The translations under genes and the position numbers were made by a program. DNA of 64,000 nt from an uncultured Thermoleophilia bacterium (GTDB lineage: Bacteria; Actinomycetota; Thermoleophilia; UBA2241): the NCBI GenBank assembly GCA_963702475.1, contig CAVPCT010000005.1:608001-672000 (forward strand). The letters are read 5' to 3'. The notes beneath the pieces are model-generated. The model ran no database searches. It was given only the letters and a program-made list of their open reading frames with translations, and was not told the DNA's origin. This document shows positions 38,784 through 52,295 of this stretch, one piece after another (position 1 is the first letter of the stretch; the number at the start of each line of letters is the position of its first letter).

Positions 38784-38830
38784 TTACGTGGTACGCTACC
38801 GGCGGCCGCAGGTGACGAGCGAGGGGCGAC

Positions 38831-39502
38831 GTGGCGGACGGACACGCGAGCGACCGGCTGTGCGCTCAGACGAACGAGGGCGCGGGCGACGCGGACCTCC
38901 ACGTGACCCACCCCACGGCGCGACGCATGATCAAGGCCGCGCGCACCATCCTCGCCCGCGACGGCTTCGCCGCCCTCACCCTCGAGGCGGTGGCGGCGGA
39001 GGCCGGCGTGAACAAGGCCTCCACACGCTACTACTTCGGCAACAAGGAGGGCCTCATCAACGCGACCATGGCCGAGATCGTCCTCGACGAGTGCGCCGAC
39101 CACAGGCCGCCCGACGCGCCGCTGGCGCCCGATGAGCGCGTGGACGCCATCATCGAGAACGTGCGGGCCATCGCCCTCGACCCCGACTCGTTCACGGGGT
39201 TCTTCGAGCTGCTGCCCCAGGCCACCAAGAGCGAGGCCATCAAGGGTCACTTCGTGCGGCTGTACGAGACCTGGTTCGACTCCAACGTCGACTGGCTCGA
39301 CCTCCGCGACCGCGAAGCGCCCCCAGAAGCACAGCGCGGGCTCGCCATGGTCCTGTCGGCGATCATCGACGGCATGGCCGTGCAGGAGACCATCTTCGGC
39401 GACGAGTACGAGCCCGAGGCCGCGCTGAGCGTGCTCAGGAGCATCCTCAGCGAGGTCGTTCCCCGCATGCAGGATCCGGAGGAGGCAGGCCGGCGTGGAT
39501 GA
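38831..39502 (+). CDS. TetR/AcrR family regulator
   Basis: IKAARTILARDGFAALTLEAVAAEAGVNKASTRYYFGNKEGL HTH. Confidence 0.93.
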   Translation: MADGHASDRLCAQTNEGAGDADLHVTHPTARRMIKAARTILARDGFAALTLEAVAAEAGVNKASTRYYFGNKEGLINATMAEIVLDECADHRPPDAPLAPDERVDAIIENVRAIALDPDSFTGFFELLPQATKSEAIKGHFVRLYETWFDSNVDWLDLRDREAPPEAQRGLAMVLSAIIDGMAVQETIFGDEYEPEAALSVLRSILSEVVPRMQDPEEAGRRG

Positions 39503-39593
39503 GATGATCGCCTACGGCGGCCTCAAGTGCCACGACTGCCCCACGCCCCGGGCGGCGGACGACGCCGCGCGCGAGGAGATCGCCGCGCACTAG
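39495..39593 (+). pseudogene. DUF3795-like N-terminal remnant
   Basis: MIAYGGLKCHDCP...DDAAREEIAAH-stop resembles IAYCGLxCxxCP...; truncated after about 32 codons. Confidence 0.4.
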
Positions 39594-39657
39594 GCGGCGG
39601 CCGGCCGGAGCCGCGACTCCGGCCGGCCGCCGCCGATCCGACCGGCGCCGTGCCTCG

Positions 39658-40710
39658 TCAGTCCATATAGGCGTTGAGCGGGTACGTCCTGTACTCGGCG
39701 ATCGGCTGCTTCTCCGTGGTGACGAACCCCGGCTCGGCCTCGACCAGCGAGGGCAGCCGGTTCACGATGCTGGCGCACGTGTACTCCACCGTGGCCGGCT
39801 CCTTGATGCTGCAGTGCGTGTCCGGCTCGCCAAGGATGTCCCAGTCACAGCGGTCGGTCTCGCCGGGCGCGTACACCTTGCCGATGCAGTGGGTCACGAT
39901 GACCGGGCCCTGGAACGTCTCCGTAGTGACGCAGGCGTCCATGCCGGTCGCCACGCCCTTCTTGACCGTCTCGCCGAGCGTGCTGGAGAAGAGGTCCTCG
40001 TCGTGGAACGTGGGCGCCAGCTCCTGCGTCTGCGACTTGATGGTCCAGCCCAGGCGAGAGACGAGCCACTCGTTCGAGTTCCACACGTAGGCGGGCAGTG
40101 CCTCGGCCTCGGCGATCTCCGTCTGGAACGCCTCGGGCGTCAGGCCGGCGCCGTGGACCTTGGCCAGGGCGATGCCGTAGTCCTCCACGTTGTAGCTGAT
40201 CCAGCCCTCCATCTTGTCGATGCGGTGGTGAGCCCCCGCCATCACCACGAGGAGGTTGCCCCACCACACGTCCTGGTCGCCGCAGCCGCACAGGGAGCAC
40301 CCGTGCTCCTTGGCCACCTTGTCCAGGCGGTTGGTGATGGCCGGCGACGTGGTCCACGGGTAGAAGGCCTCCTCGCAGGTGGAGATGGCGTTCACCCCGT
40401 GGCGAGCGGCGCGATCGAAGTGCTCCTCCATGTCGGTCATGAGGCTGGCGATGGCGATGATGGTGGCGTCGGCGTCACACTCGTCGAACACGGCCTCGGC
40501 GTCGCTGCGCACCGGCACGTTGAGCTTGATGCCGAGGCCGGCGACCTCGCCGGCGTCCTTGCCGACCAGCGCGGGATCGGTGTCGATGGCCCCGACGATG
40601 TCGGCGCCCTTCTCGTAGAGGTAGCGGAGGAAGATGCCGCCCATCTTGCCGCACCCGTACTGGATCACACGCAGGCGCGGCGGCAGGCCGGAGCTGGTCT
40701 TGCGTGACAT
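39658..40710 (-). CDS. DapB-like NAD(P)-dependent amine dehydrogenase (2,4-diaminopentanoate dehydrogenase-like family)
   Basis: VIQYGCGKMG Rossmann motif, GKDAGEVAG, NAISTCEEAFYPW, LDKVAKEHG, TCASIVNRLPSLVEAEPGF. Confidence 0.8.
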   Translation of the reverse strand: MSRKTSSGLPPRLRVIQYGCGKMGGIFLRYLYEKGADIVGAIDTDPALVGKDAGEVAGLGIKLNVPVRSDAEAVFDECDADATIIAIASLMTDMEEHFDRAARHGVNAISTCEEAFYPWTTSPAITNRLDKVAKEHGCSLCGCGDQDVWWGNLLVVMAGAHHRIDKMEGWISYNVEDYGIALAKVHGAGLTPEAFQTEIAEAEALPAYVWNSNEWLVSRLGWTIKSQTQELAPTFHDEDLFSSTLGETVKKGVATGMDACVTTETFQGPVIVTHCIGKVYAPGETDRCDWDILGEPDTHCSIKEPATVEYTCASIVNRLPSLVEAEPGFVTTEKQPIAEYRTYPLNAYMD

Positions 40711-41283
40711 GAGGACCCCCTTGCTCGCAGTCAAACCGGCGGGAAGGCCGGCCGTGACCCCCGGTGCCCGCTCGCCCTGCGCGCCCCGGGCTCAGTTCGG
40801 CGTGCGCTCACCCCCCTCCGGCCTCGGCGGCCTTCGCAGGACGGCGCCGCGCTCTCAGCGCCCCGGAAGGGGCGCACGCGTACCGCGTGCGCCGGCGCCG
40901 GGCACCGGAACAGGCTCCCGGCCGGGCGGCCGGGTCCACGGATGCCGCTGATGTCGTCGTGACCGGCACGGACCCCTCCGGAACGCGGCAGACAGACGGT
41001 GGTGCAGCAGAGATGATCCAGGTGGCACGCTATGCCCGGCGCGGACTGCGGGCAACGGCTGCAGGCCGACGCGTGGACCAAACCTGCGACGGCGGGCGCG
41101 CCGTCATGGCAGCCTGGCAGACGGCGGGGTGTCCGGCGCGGCGAGGTGGTCGCCCGTGCGGTGCGACCCTCGGAGCAGCACCGCCGCGCCGTCGCCTTCA
41201 GCGACGACAGGCCTGCGCCGATGATACGGTTGTGGCCGCCCCGCCTGCGGCCGGCGGCCGGGGCGCACCACCCGACGCCGGAG

Positions 41284-42799
41284 ATGAGCATGAGCCCAGA
41301 GCAGACCGCGTTCGACCCCCAGCGCTGTACGCTGACCGTCCCCAACGATCTCGCCTACCTGCCGATGATCCAGGGTTTCGTGCGCGCCTTCGCCGCCGAG
41401 GCCGGGTTCCCGGCGCGCGAGGTCGGGCGATTCGACCTGCTCATGGAGGAGGCCGCGACCAACGTCATCCACGGCGCCTTCGCGGAGGACGAGAAGGCCA
41501 CCTTCGACATCTCCTGCGAACGCGTCCCCGCCGGCGTCGCAGATCACCGTCCACGACGAGGGTCTGCCCTACGACCCGTCGCTCACGCCCGAGTACGACC
41601 CGAGCGCGGACCTGCACGCCCAGACCGGCCGCGGCCTGGGCAGCTTCCTGATGCAGAAGATGGCCGACACCGTGGAGTTCCACAACCTCGGCAGCCGCGG
41701 CAAGGAGACGGTCTTCATCAAGTACCTGGAGTCGAGGGCCGTCACTGACGCGCCGCCGGCGGAGGAGCCGCCGGAGGAGGCGCCGGAGCACGTACCCCCG
41801 GCCGAGCGCGTCGAGATCGGCGTCGGGCCGCTCGTGACGGACCAGGCGATCGAGGTGTGCCGCTGCATCTACGACGCCTACCGCTACACCTACGTCAACG
41901 AGCACATGTACTACCCGGACCGCGTCGTCGCCCTCAACCAGAGCGGCGACATGGTGTCGGCGGTGGCATCGACGAGCGACGGTGAGGTGGCGGGGCACGC
42001 GGCGCTCGTCTTTCCCGAGGACACGCACGAGGTGGCCGACATGGCCGTGGCCGCGGTCAAGGCCAAGTTCCGCGGCCAGTCCATCGCCCGGCGGCTGGGC
42101 GAGTGGCTGGAGGACGAGGCACGGGCGCGCGGCCTGCACGGCCTGTTCATCGAGGAGGTGACCGTGCACACCTACACGCAGAAGTTCTGCCACCGCCTGG
42201 GGTTCACCGACACCGGCTTTCTGCTCGCCTACTCGCCGGCCACCACGAAGTTCGAGGGCATCACGGGTACGGCCGACGCGCGCCGCTCGGTGATCGTCGG
42301 CTTCAAGTACCTCGCCCCGCCCGAGCCGGCGGTCATCAACGCGCCCGGCAGGCACAGGGACGTCATCGCCGGCATCTACGAGCGCCTCGGCGCGCCGGTG
42401 TCGTTCGCCCGCGTCGTCAAGGCGGCGCAGCACGGCCTGCCGGAGCTGAACGTGAGCGTCAACACCAGGCGCTCCGTGGCCACCATCCGCATCCCCACCT
42501 ACGGACGCGACCTCGCAGGACGCCTTCGCGCCGAGGTCGTCCGCCTGCTTCGCGAGAACGTCAGCGTCATCAACGTCTTCCTCGATCTCAGCGCGCGCGG
42601 CACCGGCAGGGTGGCCGACGCGCTCGAGGAGGTGGGGTTCATCTTCAGCGGCGTGCTCCCCGGAGGCCGGTCCGGCGACTGGCTGATCATGCAGTTCTTC
42701 AACGGCGTGGTCGTCGACTACGACGCCATCCAGGTCGAGGATCCCACGACGGCCGAGCTCCTGGCGTACATCCGCGCGAACGACCCGCTCGCCAGGTAG
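41284..42799 (+). CDS. RsbW-like HATPase fused to a GNAT domain (frameshift near 41540)
   Basis: EEAATNVIHGA, HDEGLPYDP, GRGLGSFLMQKMAD; GNAT part VAGHAAL...AAVKAKFRGQSIA. Confidence 0.8.
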
Positions 42800-42821
42800 G
42801 GAACGGGCCCGGCCGGCCACC

Positions 42822-44205
42822 ATGAAGGAGTCGCTCGACATCGCCATCGAGCTGGTGAAGAGCATGGCGGTGGTCATCGTCGTGGCCTACCTCTTCACGC
42901 GCACGAAGACCTACCACGAGGTGATGGACCGCCGCCTCGGCTGGAAGGGCCGCCTGCTGCTGATCCTGGTCTTCGGCGCCTTCTCCGTGTGGGGCACGCT
43001 GGCGGGCGTCGAGATCCTCGGCGGCATCGCCAACACCCGCGACCTGGGGGCCGCCCTGGGCGGGCTGCTGGGCGGCCCTGTCGTCGGTCTCGGCGCCGGC
43101 CTCATCGGCGCCGTGCAGCGCCTCTCCATGGGCGGCTTCGTCGCCGTGCCGTCGGCGCTCGGCGCCGTGGCCGCCGGCCTCGCCGGCGGCGCCGTCTACC
43201 TCATCTTCAAGCGCCGCGTGGCTCCGATCTGGGCGGCCGTCGCCCTGGCCCTCTTCACCGAGACCGTCCTCATGGTCCTCAACCTGGCCATCGCCAGGCC
43301 GTTCGACGAGGTGCTGGCGCTGGTCCGCGAGGTCATGCCGGCCATGTACCTGGTCAACGCCATCGGCATGGGCCTGTTCGTCTACATGGTCAGGAACGAG
43401 GAGAAGGAGCGGCGGACGGCCGCCCAGAAGGAGCGCATGGAGGGCGAGCTCACCGTGGCGCGCGACATCCAGCGGGGCATCGTGCCCAGCATCTTCCCGC
43501 CGTTCCCGGAGCGCGAGGAGTTCGACCTGCACGCCTCACTGGAGTCGGCGCGCGAGGTGGGTGGCGACCTCTACGACTTCTTCCTGCTGGACGAGCACCA
43601 CCTGTGCCTGGCCATCGGCGACGTCTCCGGCAAGGGCGTGCCGGCGTCGCTGTTCATGGCCGTGACCATCACCCTTCTGCGCGCCGAGGGGCACCGGGCC
43701 GGCGCGCCCGACGAAGGCCTGGCGCGCCTCAACAGCGCCCTGTGTCGCGGCAACGACTCGGCGATGTTCGTCACCCTGTTCTTCGGCATCTGCGACCTGC
43801 GCACCGGCGAGCTGGAGTACGCCTGCGGCGGGCACCCGCCGCCGTACGTCGTGCGCGCCGACGGACGTGTGCACGAGCTGCCGCAGGCGCACGGCGTCGG
43901 CCTGGGCGTGTCGGAGCGGGTGCGCTACGAGACGCTCACGGCGAGGCTGGAGCCCGGCGACGCGCTGCTCGTGTACACCGACGGCGTCACCGAGGCGATG
44001 TCGTTCGAGGGCGACATGTTCGGCCCCGAACGCATCGAGGAGGTGCTGGCGCGCGGCGGCGGGCGTCCTGGACGCCGGCGCGCTGCTCGAGAGCGTGCGC
44101 GACGCCGTGTGGGACTTCGCCGCCGGCGCCGAGCAGTACGACGACCTGACGCTGCTCGCGTTCCGCCGCTCTCTCCCGCCGGCCGCCCCCGCCGCTCAGG
44201 CGTAG
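42822..44205 (+). CDS. 5TM LytS/YhcK sensor fused to a SpoIIE/PP2C phosphatase (frameshift near 44060)
   Basis: ANTRDLG...GGLLGGPVVG; AREVGGDLYDF, IGDVSGKG, YTDGVTEA, QYDDLTLL in the shifted frame. Confidence 0.88.
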
Positions 44206-44525
44206 AGGCCGAGCGCCTCCTCGCGCGTCTCCACGATCTCGAACAGCTCGGAGAACCCGGAGATCTCGAACACGTCGGCCACGAACGGCTTCATGCCACA
44301 CAGCACGATGCGGCCGTCGTTCTTCTCGAGGAACTTGAGGACGGCCAGGAAGACGCGAAGGCCGGCGCTCGAGACGTACTCGTTGTCGTCGAAGTCGGCC
44401 ACGAGCTTGCGCGCCCCGCCGTCCAGCAGCCCGTCGATCTCCGCCTCAACGTCCTTGGCGCTGGTCGTGTCGACCCTCGCCGGCAGCCTGACGACGCTCA
44501 CGTCGCCGACGACTTCCACATCCAT
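44196..44525 (-). CDS. STAS anti-sigma factor antagonist
   Basis: RVDTTS...EYVSSAGLRVFL...VFEISGF. Confidence 0.92.
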   Translation of the reverse strand: MDVEVVGDVSVVRLPARVDTTSAKDVEAEIDGLLDGGARKLVADFDDNEYVSSAGLRVFLAVLKFLEKNDGRIVLCGMKPFVADVFEISGFSELFEIVETREEALGLYA

Positions 44526-44567
44526 GCCATCACCCTCCTGTGCCCCGCACGGTGCCGCGCACCGCGA

Positions 44568-45071
44568 CTATCCCTGTTTCTCGTACGGGTTCGCCGGCAG
44601 GTGGAACTCCCACTCGCGGATCCCGAGGTCTTCCAGCACTCTCGCCCTCAGCTTCAACAGGAAGTAGCCGAGACGCTCACGCTCCCTCCTCGTGAGGGTC
44701 GAGAAGATGCGCCTCTCGGTCTCGCTGTCCTGCGAACGCGCCAGAACGTCTCTGCCCTCGTCGGTGAGGGTCACCTCGACCTTGGACCTCCCCGTGCCCT
44801 TGTGCCGTGCGACCAGACCGGCCTTCTCCATCCGCTTGAGCAGCTCCGTGACCGAGTGCAGCTCCCTGAACAGCTCGCGCGCGATCTGCACCGGAGCCAC
44901 CCGGCCGCCGTTCTTCTCGATGATGAAGAGGACGGCCCTGCGTTCGTTCGTGATGTCGAACCGTGCGTAGTCCCTCTCGCGTGCCCTTGCCAGCGCGTCC
45001 GAGGTCTGCGCGCTCAGCACCCAGAGATAGAAGAACTCCTCCAGCTCACGCTGCCTGTCCTCATCCTCCAT
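44568..45071 (-). CDS. MarR family regulator
   Basis: IARELFRELHSVTELLKRMEKAGLVAR...VTLTDEG winged HTH. Confidence 0.88.
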   Translation of the reverse strand: MEDEDRQRELEEFFYLWVLSAQTSDALARARERDYARFDITNERRAVLFIIEKNGGRVAPVQIARELFRELHSVTELLKRMEKAGLVARHKGTGRSKVEVTLTDEGRDVLARSQDSETERRIFSTLTRRERERLGYFLLKLRARVLEDLGIREWEFHLPANPYEKQG

Positions 45072-45251
45072 GTCAGTCAGACTCCGATCCTGGGCGGCCG
45101 CGCCCCGTTCCCACGACGGTGAGCCCCAGGCCCACCGGCACCGTCCACGCCCGGGGTGTCGCGCTCGGCTGCCGGCATGGACACCCCGTATCTTCCGTGA
45201 AGCGGGTCACGTGCGGCAAGCGCCGCGCCCCGCGAGGCCTTCGCACCCCGC

Positions 45252-47204
45252 TCACAGGCGACCACCGCCGTCCAGGAACCTGAAGGCGACCATGGTGATG
45301 TCGTCCGACTGTTCCACACCGGCGGCGTGGTCGCGCAGGGCCGCGTGCAGGGCATCCAGGATGGCGCTGCAGCTGGCCGGCGCGCCCAGCGCCAGCTCGT
45401 TCGCGATACGCTCCTCGGTGAACACCTCGTCGGCCGCGTTCATCGCCTCGCTCACGCCGTCCGTGTACAAGAAGAGGGCATCCCCGGGATCGAGCGTGAG
45501 CTCGGCCTCGGCGAAGACCATGCCGGCCCGCGCCCCGAGGGCGATGCCCCGTGTCCGCGGCAGCTGTTCCACGACGCCGTCGCGCCGGATCACGAACGGG
45601 CGGTTGTGACCGGCGCTCGCGTAGCGCACCTCGCCGGTCCTCAGGTCCACGACCGCGAGGAACATGGTCACGAACATGCTGGTGTCGTTGTCGGTGGAGA
45701 GCTCGTCGTTGAGGCTGCCGAGGATCTGTGACGGACCGCCGCCCAGCCGCAAGTACGAGCGCAGGAACGAGCGTCCGACGGCCATCATCAGAGCCGCCGG
45801 CATGCCCTTGCCGGAGACGTCGGCGATGGCGAGCGCCAGGTGATCCTCGTCGAGCAGGAAGAAGTCGTAGAAGTCGCCGCCCACCTCCCGCGCCGGCTCG
45901 AGCAGGGCGAAGAGCTCCATGTCGTGACGCTGCGGGTAGGGCGGGAACGTGCGCGGCACCAGGCTCATCTGGATGCTGGCGGCGATGCGCAGCTCGCTCT
46001 CGATACGCTCACGCTCCGCCGTGGTCACGCGCAGCTCCTCGATGCGCTCCTTGAGGTCGTCGCGCATCTGCCCGAACGAGGTCGTGAGGCGGGCGACCTC
46101 GTCGCGCCCCTTGGCCTCCGGCAGGGGCGCGTCGAGGTCGCCCTGCGCCAGGGTCTGCGTGGCCAGGTCGAGGGCGTTGAGGGGCCGTGTGATCGTCCGC
46201 GCCACGAGGAGGGCGATCACGAGCAGCGCCGCCAGCCCGATGAGGTCGATGGCCCAGGAGAGCCGGTTGAGCTCGATGACGGCGCCGTTCACCTCGCTCT
46301 CGGCGTACACGATGCCGAGAGCCCAGCCGGTGGAGGGTATCGGCGTGTACGCCAGGTACGACCGGCCGCTCGGCTCAAGCTGGTCGAGTCCGTCGAACAC
46401 CACGTAGCCGGTCTCACCCGACGTCATGTCCCGCCCGATACGGCGCAGCCGCGGGTCGTCGCGCGCCGCTGCCACGCTGAAGATCGACTCGTTCATGATG
46501 AAGGCGTTGTCCGGGTGGGCGATGAAGGTGCCGTTCTGGCTGAGCAGGAACGCGTAGCCGGTCTCCCCGAGATCCAGGCTCTGCAGGAGGTGTGAGAGCC
46601 ACATGAGCGAGACGTCGCCGGTGACGACGGCAGACACCGGCGCCGGGTCATCGCCTAGGTGCACGGGGACGGCGTACGTGGCGGTGAGCATGTCGGCCCC
46701 GTCCTCGTCGTAGTACGGCTCCGTCCACTGCGGCGCGCGCGTCTGGTAGGGGAGCTGGTACCAGTCCCCCACCTCGTAGGCGCGGCCGTCCTTGCCCAGG
46801 TCCTTCACCGCGACCGTGTCGCCGTCCATGTACGCGTACGGGGCGACGCGGCCGAACGCCTCGGGGTCGTACGCGACGGCCGACCCGACCAGCTCATCGT
46901 TGCGCAGCACGGTCCGCTGGAGCATCGCAGCCGCCTCGTCGGGCTCGGGCTCCAGGTCCTCCACGAGCAGGGCGGTACCTTGCACGACCTTCTCCACAGC
47001 GCCCTCCACCGCCTCGATGCGGCCGGCGGTGGCCTGCAGCGCCAGGGTGATGATGCTGCGCTGCTGCGAGAGAAGAAGGTCGCGCGCCTGCATGAAGGTG
47101 AAGTAGCTGACGACGGCCAGCACCAGCCCGGCGCCGAGCACGAAGAGCAGCGCGAGGCGCCGCCCGATGCTCAGCTTACGGAGCAACCCGCGCCTCCGCT
47201 GCAA
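45252..47204 (-). CDS. Cache-HAMP-SpoIIE (PP2C) phosphatase
   Basis: TM, WYQLP...WTEPYYD (dCache), ITRPL...DEVARL (HAMP), EVGGDFYDF, ADVSGKG, YTDGVSEA, QSDDITMV. Confidence 0.92.
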   Translation of the reverse strand: MQRRRGLLRKLSIGRRLALLFVLGAGLVLAVVSYFTFMQARDLLLSQQRSIITLALQATAGRIEAVEGAVEKVVQGTALLVEDLEPEPDEAAAMLQRTVLRNDELVGSAVAYDPEAFGRVAPYAYMDGDTVAVKDLGKDGRAYEVGDWYQLPYQTRAPQWTEPYYDEDGADMLTATYAVPVHLGDDPAPVSAVVTGDVSLMWLSHLLQSLDLGETGYAFLLSQNGTFIAHPDNAFIMNESIFSVAAARDDPRLRRIGRDMTSGETGYVVFDGLDQLEPSGRSYLAYTPIPSTGWALGIVYAESEVNGAVIELNRLSWAIDLIGLAALLVIALLVARTITRPLNALDLATQTLAQGDLDAPLPEAKGRDEVARLTTSFGQMRDDLKERIEELRVTTAERERIESELRIAASIQMSLVPRTFPPYPQRHDMELFALLEPAREVGGDFYDFFLLDEDHLALAIADVSGKGMPAALMMAVGRSFLRSYLRLGGGPSQILGSLNDELSTDNDTSMFVTMFLAVVDLRTGEVRYASAGHNRPFVIRRDGVVEQLPRTRGIALGARAGMVFAEAELTLDPGDALFLYTDGVSEAMNAADEVFTEERIANELALGAPASCSAILDALHAALRDHAAGVEQSDDITMVAFRFLDGGGRL

Positions 47205-48192
47205 CGAACGCGTCGTAGGTCGGGCCCGTGCGTATCTGTCCCTCGCCGATCATGATCGCCTTGGTCCGTTCGTAGTCCACGCGCGCGAGCCTGCCAGGCT
47301 GCCAGGAGTCGTTCTCACCGGGAAAGACGGACGCGAGCACGTGGTCCAGCATCCAGCTCTGGTGTACGCGGTTGGTGGGGACGTGCGCCTCCGCCGTCTT
47401 GCGCATGACGATGTCCAGCGCCTCGTCAGGGTGGTCGCGACAGTACGCCCACCCCTCCATGGTCGCCGCCGCAAAGTCGGCGCACAGCTCCGGCGACTCT
47501 GCCTGGGTGGAGGCCAGCGTGTACACGCCGTCCTCGGGAAAGCCGAGACCGTACTCACGCATGGCGAAGACCTCGAGCTCGTCCGGGTCGACGCCCGCCA
47601 TGAGGATGGTGTGGTACTCGTTGTACTCCATGGCGCTGCACGCGTCGGCGCCGCCGCGCAGGAACAGGTTGACCGTGTAGTACTGCGGCAGCAGACGCGG
47701 GTGCACGCCTGCGGCGCTGAAGAACGCGTCGTACGCTGCGCGGAAGCTCATGCCCCACAATGTGACGCGCGAGGCGTTCAGGTCGGCGCGTTCGTCCACC
47801 TCGTCGCGCCAGGCCACGAGCAGGAGGTTCGAGCGGTTGACGACCTGGCAGACGTCCACGAGGGGGTCGCCGTAAGGGTCGGCACTGAGAGCGCCGCTCA
47901 GGAACGCCAGAGCGAAGTCGGCTCTGCCCTCGCGCAACTCGACGAGGGAGTCGATGTCGGGGCCGCCCGGGATCACGGTCGCGTCGAGGCCGTGCGCCGC
48001 GTAGATGCCCTTCTCCGCAGCCACGTAGTAGCCGGCGAACTGCGCCTGTGGCTTCCAGTGCAGCACGAGCCTGACGGGCCGCTGGTCCACGGCGCCCCGC
48101 GCCTCGTGGGTGCCCGGCCACAGGACCACAGTCGCCATCGCCGCCACAGCGACGGCCAGGACCGCCAGAACGCTGAGGGCGCGTCGCCTCAC
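47176..48192 (-). CDS. NMT1/THI5-like extracellular solute-binding protein
   Basis: Signal peptide, LHWKPQAQFAGYYVAAEKGIY, MEYNEY, ATMEGWAYCRDHPDEA. Confidence 0.88.
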   Translation of the reverse strand: MRRRALSVLAVLAVAVAAMATVVLWPGTHEARGAVDQRPVRLVLHWKPQAQFAGYYVAAEKGIYAAHGLDATVIPGGPDIDSLVELREGRADFALAFLSGALSADPYGDPLVDVCQVVNRSNLLLVAWRDEVDERADLNASRVTLWGMSFRAAYDAFFSAAGVHPRLLPQYYTVNLFLRGGADACSAMEYNEYHTILMAGVDPDELEVFAMREYGLGFPEDGVYTLASTQAESPELCADFAAATMEGWAYCRDHPDEALDIVMRKTAEAHVPTNRVHQSWMLDHVLASVFPGENDSWQPGRLARVDYERTKAIMIGEGQIRTGPTYDAFVAAEARVAP

Positions 48193-48627
48193 TGCCTGTG
48201 GATGACGAGGCGCAGCACGTTGCGCGCCCCGTCGCGGTGGTAGGCGACCTCGTCCATCACACGGCGCACAAGGAAGATGCCCAGACCGCCGACCGCGCGC
48301 TCCTCCACCGCCGCGCGCAGGTCGGGCTCATCGACGGCGAGCGGGTCGAACGGCACGCCCTCGTCGACGAGCTCGACGACGAAGCTCTTCTCACCCGGGC
48401 AGATGCGCACCAGCAGCTCCCCGGGCGGGACCTCGTAGGCGTACAGACAGATGTTGACGACGGCCTCTTCCACGGCGAGCTCGAGCTGCATGAGCCGCCT
48501 GGGGTGCAGACCCCAGTCGCCGGCGTGGCCGGCGATGAAGTCCGATGACCGCGGGCGTCTGCTCGACGTCCGCCACGAAGACCTGCTCCAGGAAGCCGTC
48601 GTCACGGGCCGGCGCATCGTGTGCCAC
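48189..48627 (-). CDS. RsbW-like anti-sigma/Ser kinase (frameshift near 48545)
   Basis: LELAVEEAVVNICLYAY, DEGVPFDPL, GGLGIFLVRRVMDEV. Confidence 0.87.
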
Positions 48628-48882
48628 TGCCCACCTCCCCTGAAGACGCCGCGCGCGTGCCCCCTGCGGCGCCGCTCCCGCCGCGGCCGAGTCCGCGGCC
48701 TGTTCGTGCACTCCGCTATCGTATCGGTCGCGAAACCGCCATGGATGAGCCCGCGGCCCCCGCCTGCGCGGGACGGCAGGGAACGGACGCCAGCGTCCGC
48801 GCCGCAACAGCCGGTCCCGTACGCGGGCGCGCGTGGGCGGCGCCGGCGGCGCCGCCCACGCGCGGAGGCTGTCAGGCCTGTC

Positions 48883-51552
<2,670 letters not shown>

Positions 51553-51599
51553 TGAGCGGTGCTCCTTCGGCGCCCCACTCGATGAGTCGGCTGTGTCGC

Positions 51600-52031
51600 T
51601 CATTCGTCGCCTCCCCCCGTCTGGATCTCGATCTTGCGGGCGCCCTCGCGCTCACTCAGCGTGAGCCGGACCTCGAGCACTCCCGCCTCGTAGGTGGCGG
51701 TGGACACGTCGGGGTCCACGTCCACCAGCAGCCGCACGCGGCGCTCGAAGGTGCCGTAGTCCATCTCGACCTGCTGGTACACACGTCCCTCCCGGGTGGG
51801 GAACGCCCGCTCGCCTCGCACCACGATCTCGCGACGGTCCACCAGCAGATCGATGTCGTCCAGAGCCATACCCGGCAGCTCGAAGCGGACGACGATCTCG
51901 CGCGTTCCCTCCTCGAAGAACGCGTCTGCGGCGGGGTTGAAGCCGCGGCCGGCGTAGGGCTGCCGGGCCGCGAGGGCGCACGACTCGTTGAAGGCGCGCA
52001 GCACCTCGTTGTGCATCTTCTCGAAATCCAC
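51600..52031 (-). CDS. Hsp20/alpha-crystallin small heat shock protein
   Basis: PAADAFFE, ELPGM, VRGER, EMDYGTFERRVRL, ATYEAGVLEV; start approximate. Confidence 0.88.
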   Translation of the reverse strand: MDFEKMHNEVLRAFNESCALAARQPYAGRGFNPAADAFFEEGTREIVVRFELPGMALDDIDLLVDRREIVVRGERAFPTREGRVYQQVEMDYGTFERRVRLLVDVDPDVSTATYEAGVLEVRLTLSEREGARKIEIQTGGGDE

Positions 52032-52295
52032 GGGGTGACTCCTTGCCCAGGCCCCGGAGGGGCGGCGCGGCCGCGGCGCCGGGACACGTTCCTGATACTC
52101 CACGCACACCTACCCATTGGGAGCGCGCGCCTAACGACGACGCCGGGAGGAGGCCGCCCGCGAGGCGAGACGTACCACCGGCTTCGCATAGTCTCAGCCT
52201 TTACCTCAGCCTTAGAGCCATCCCACGCTCGTTCGGGCGTCCCGCCCGCCACGTCCGCGTTCCGGCACGTGCATCCGTCGCCCGCCGGCGGTACC

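Noticed and set aside
40740-41100. Riboswitch upstream of the amine dehydrogenase gene (GCTGAGA seen on the minus strand)
   Set aside because: The downstream TPP core and other riboswitch consensus elements are absent; only GC-rich hairpins. An Rfam search would settle it.
42822-45122. 766-aa extended phosphatase
   Set aside because: A frameshift near 44060 hides the true C-terminus (QYDDLTLL, stop 44205); the extension is antisense to STAS and MarR.
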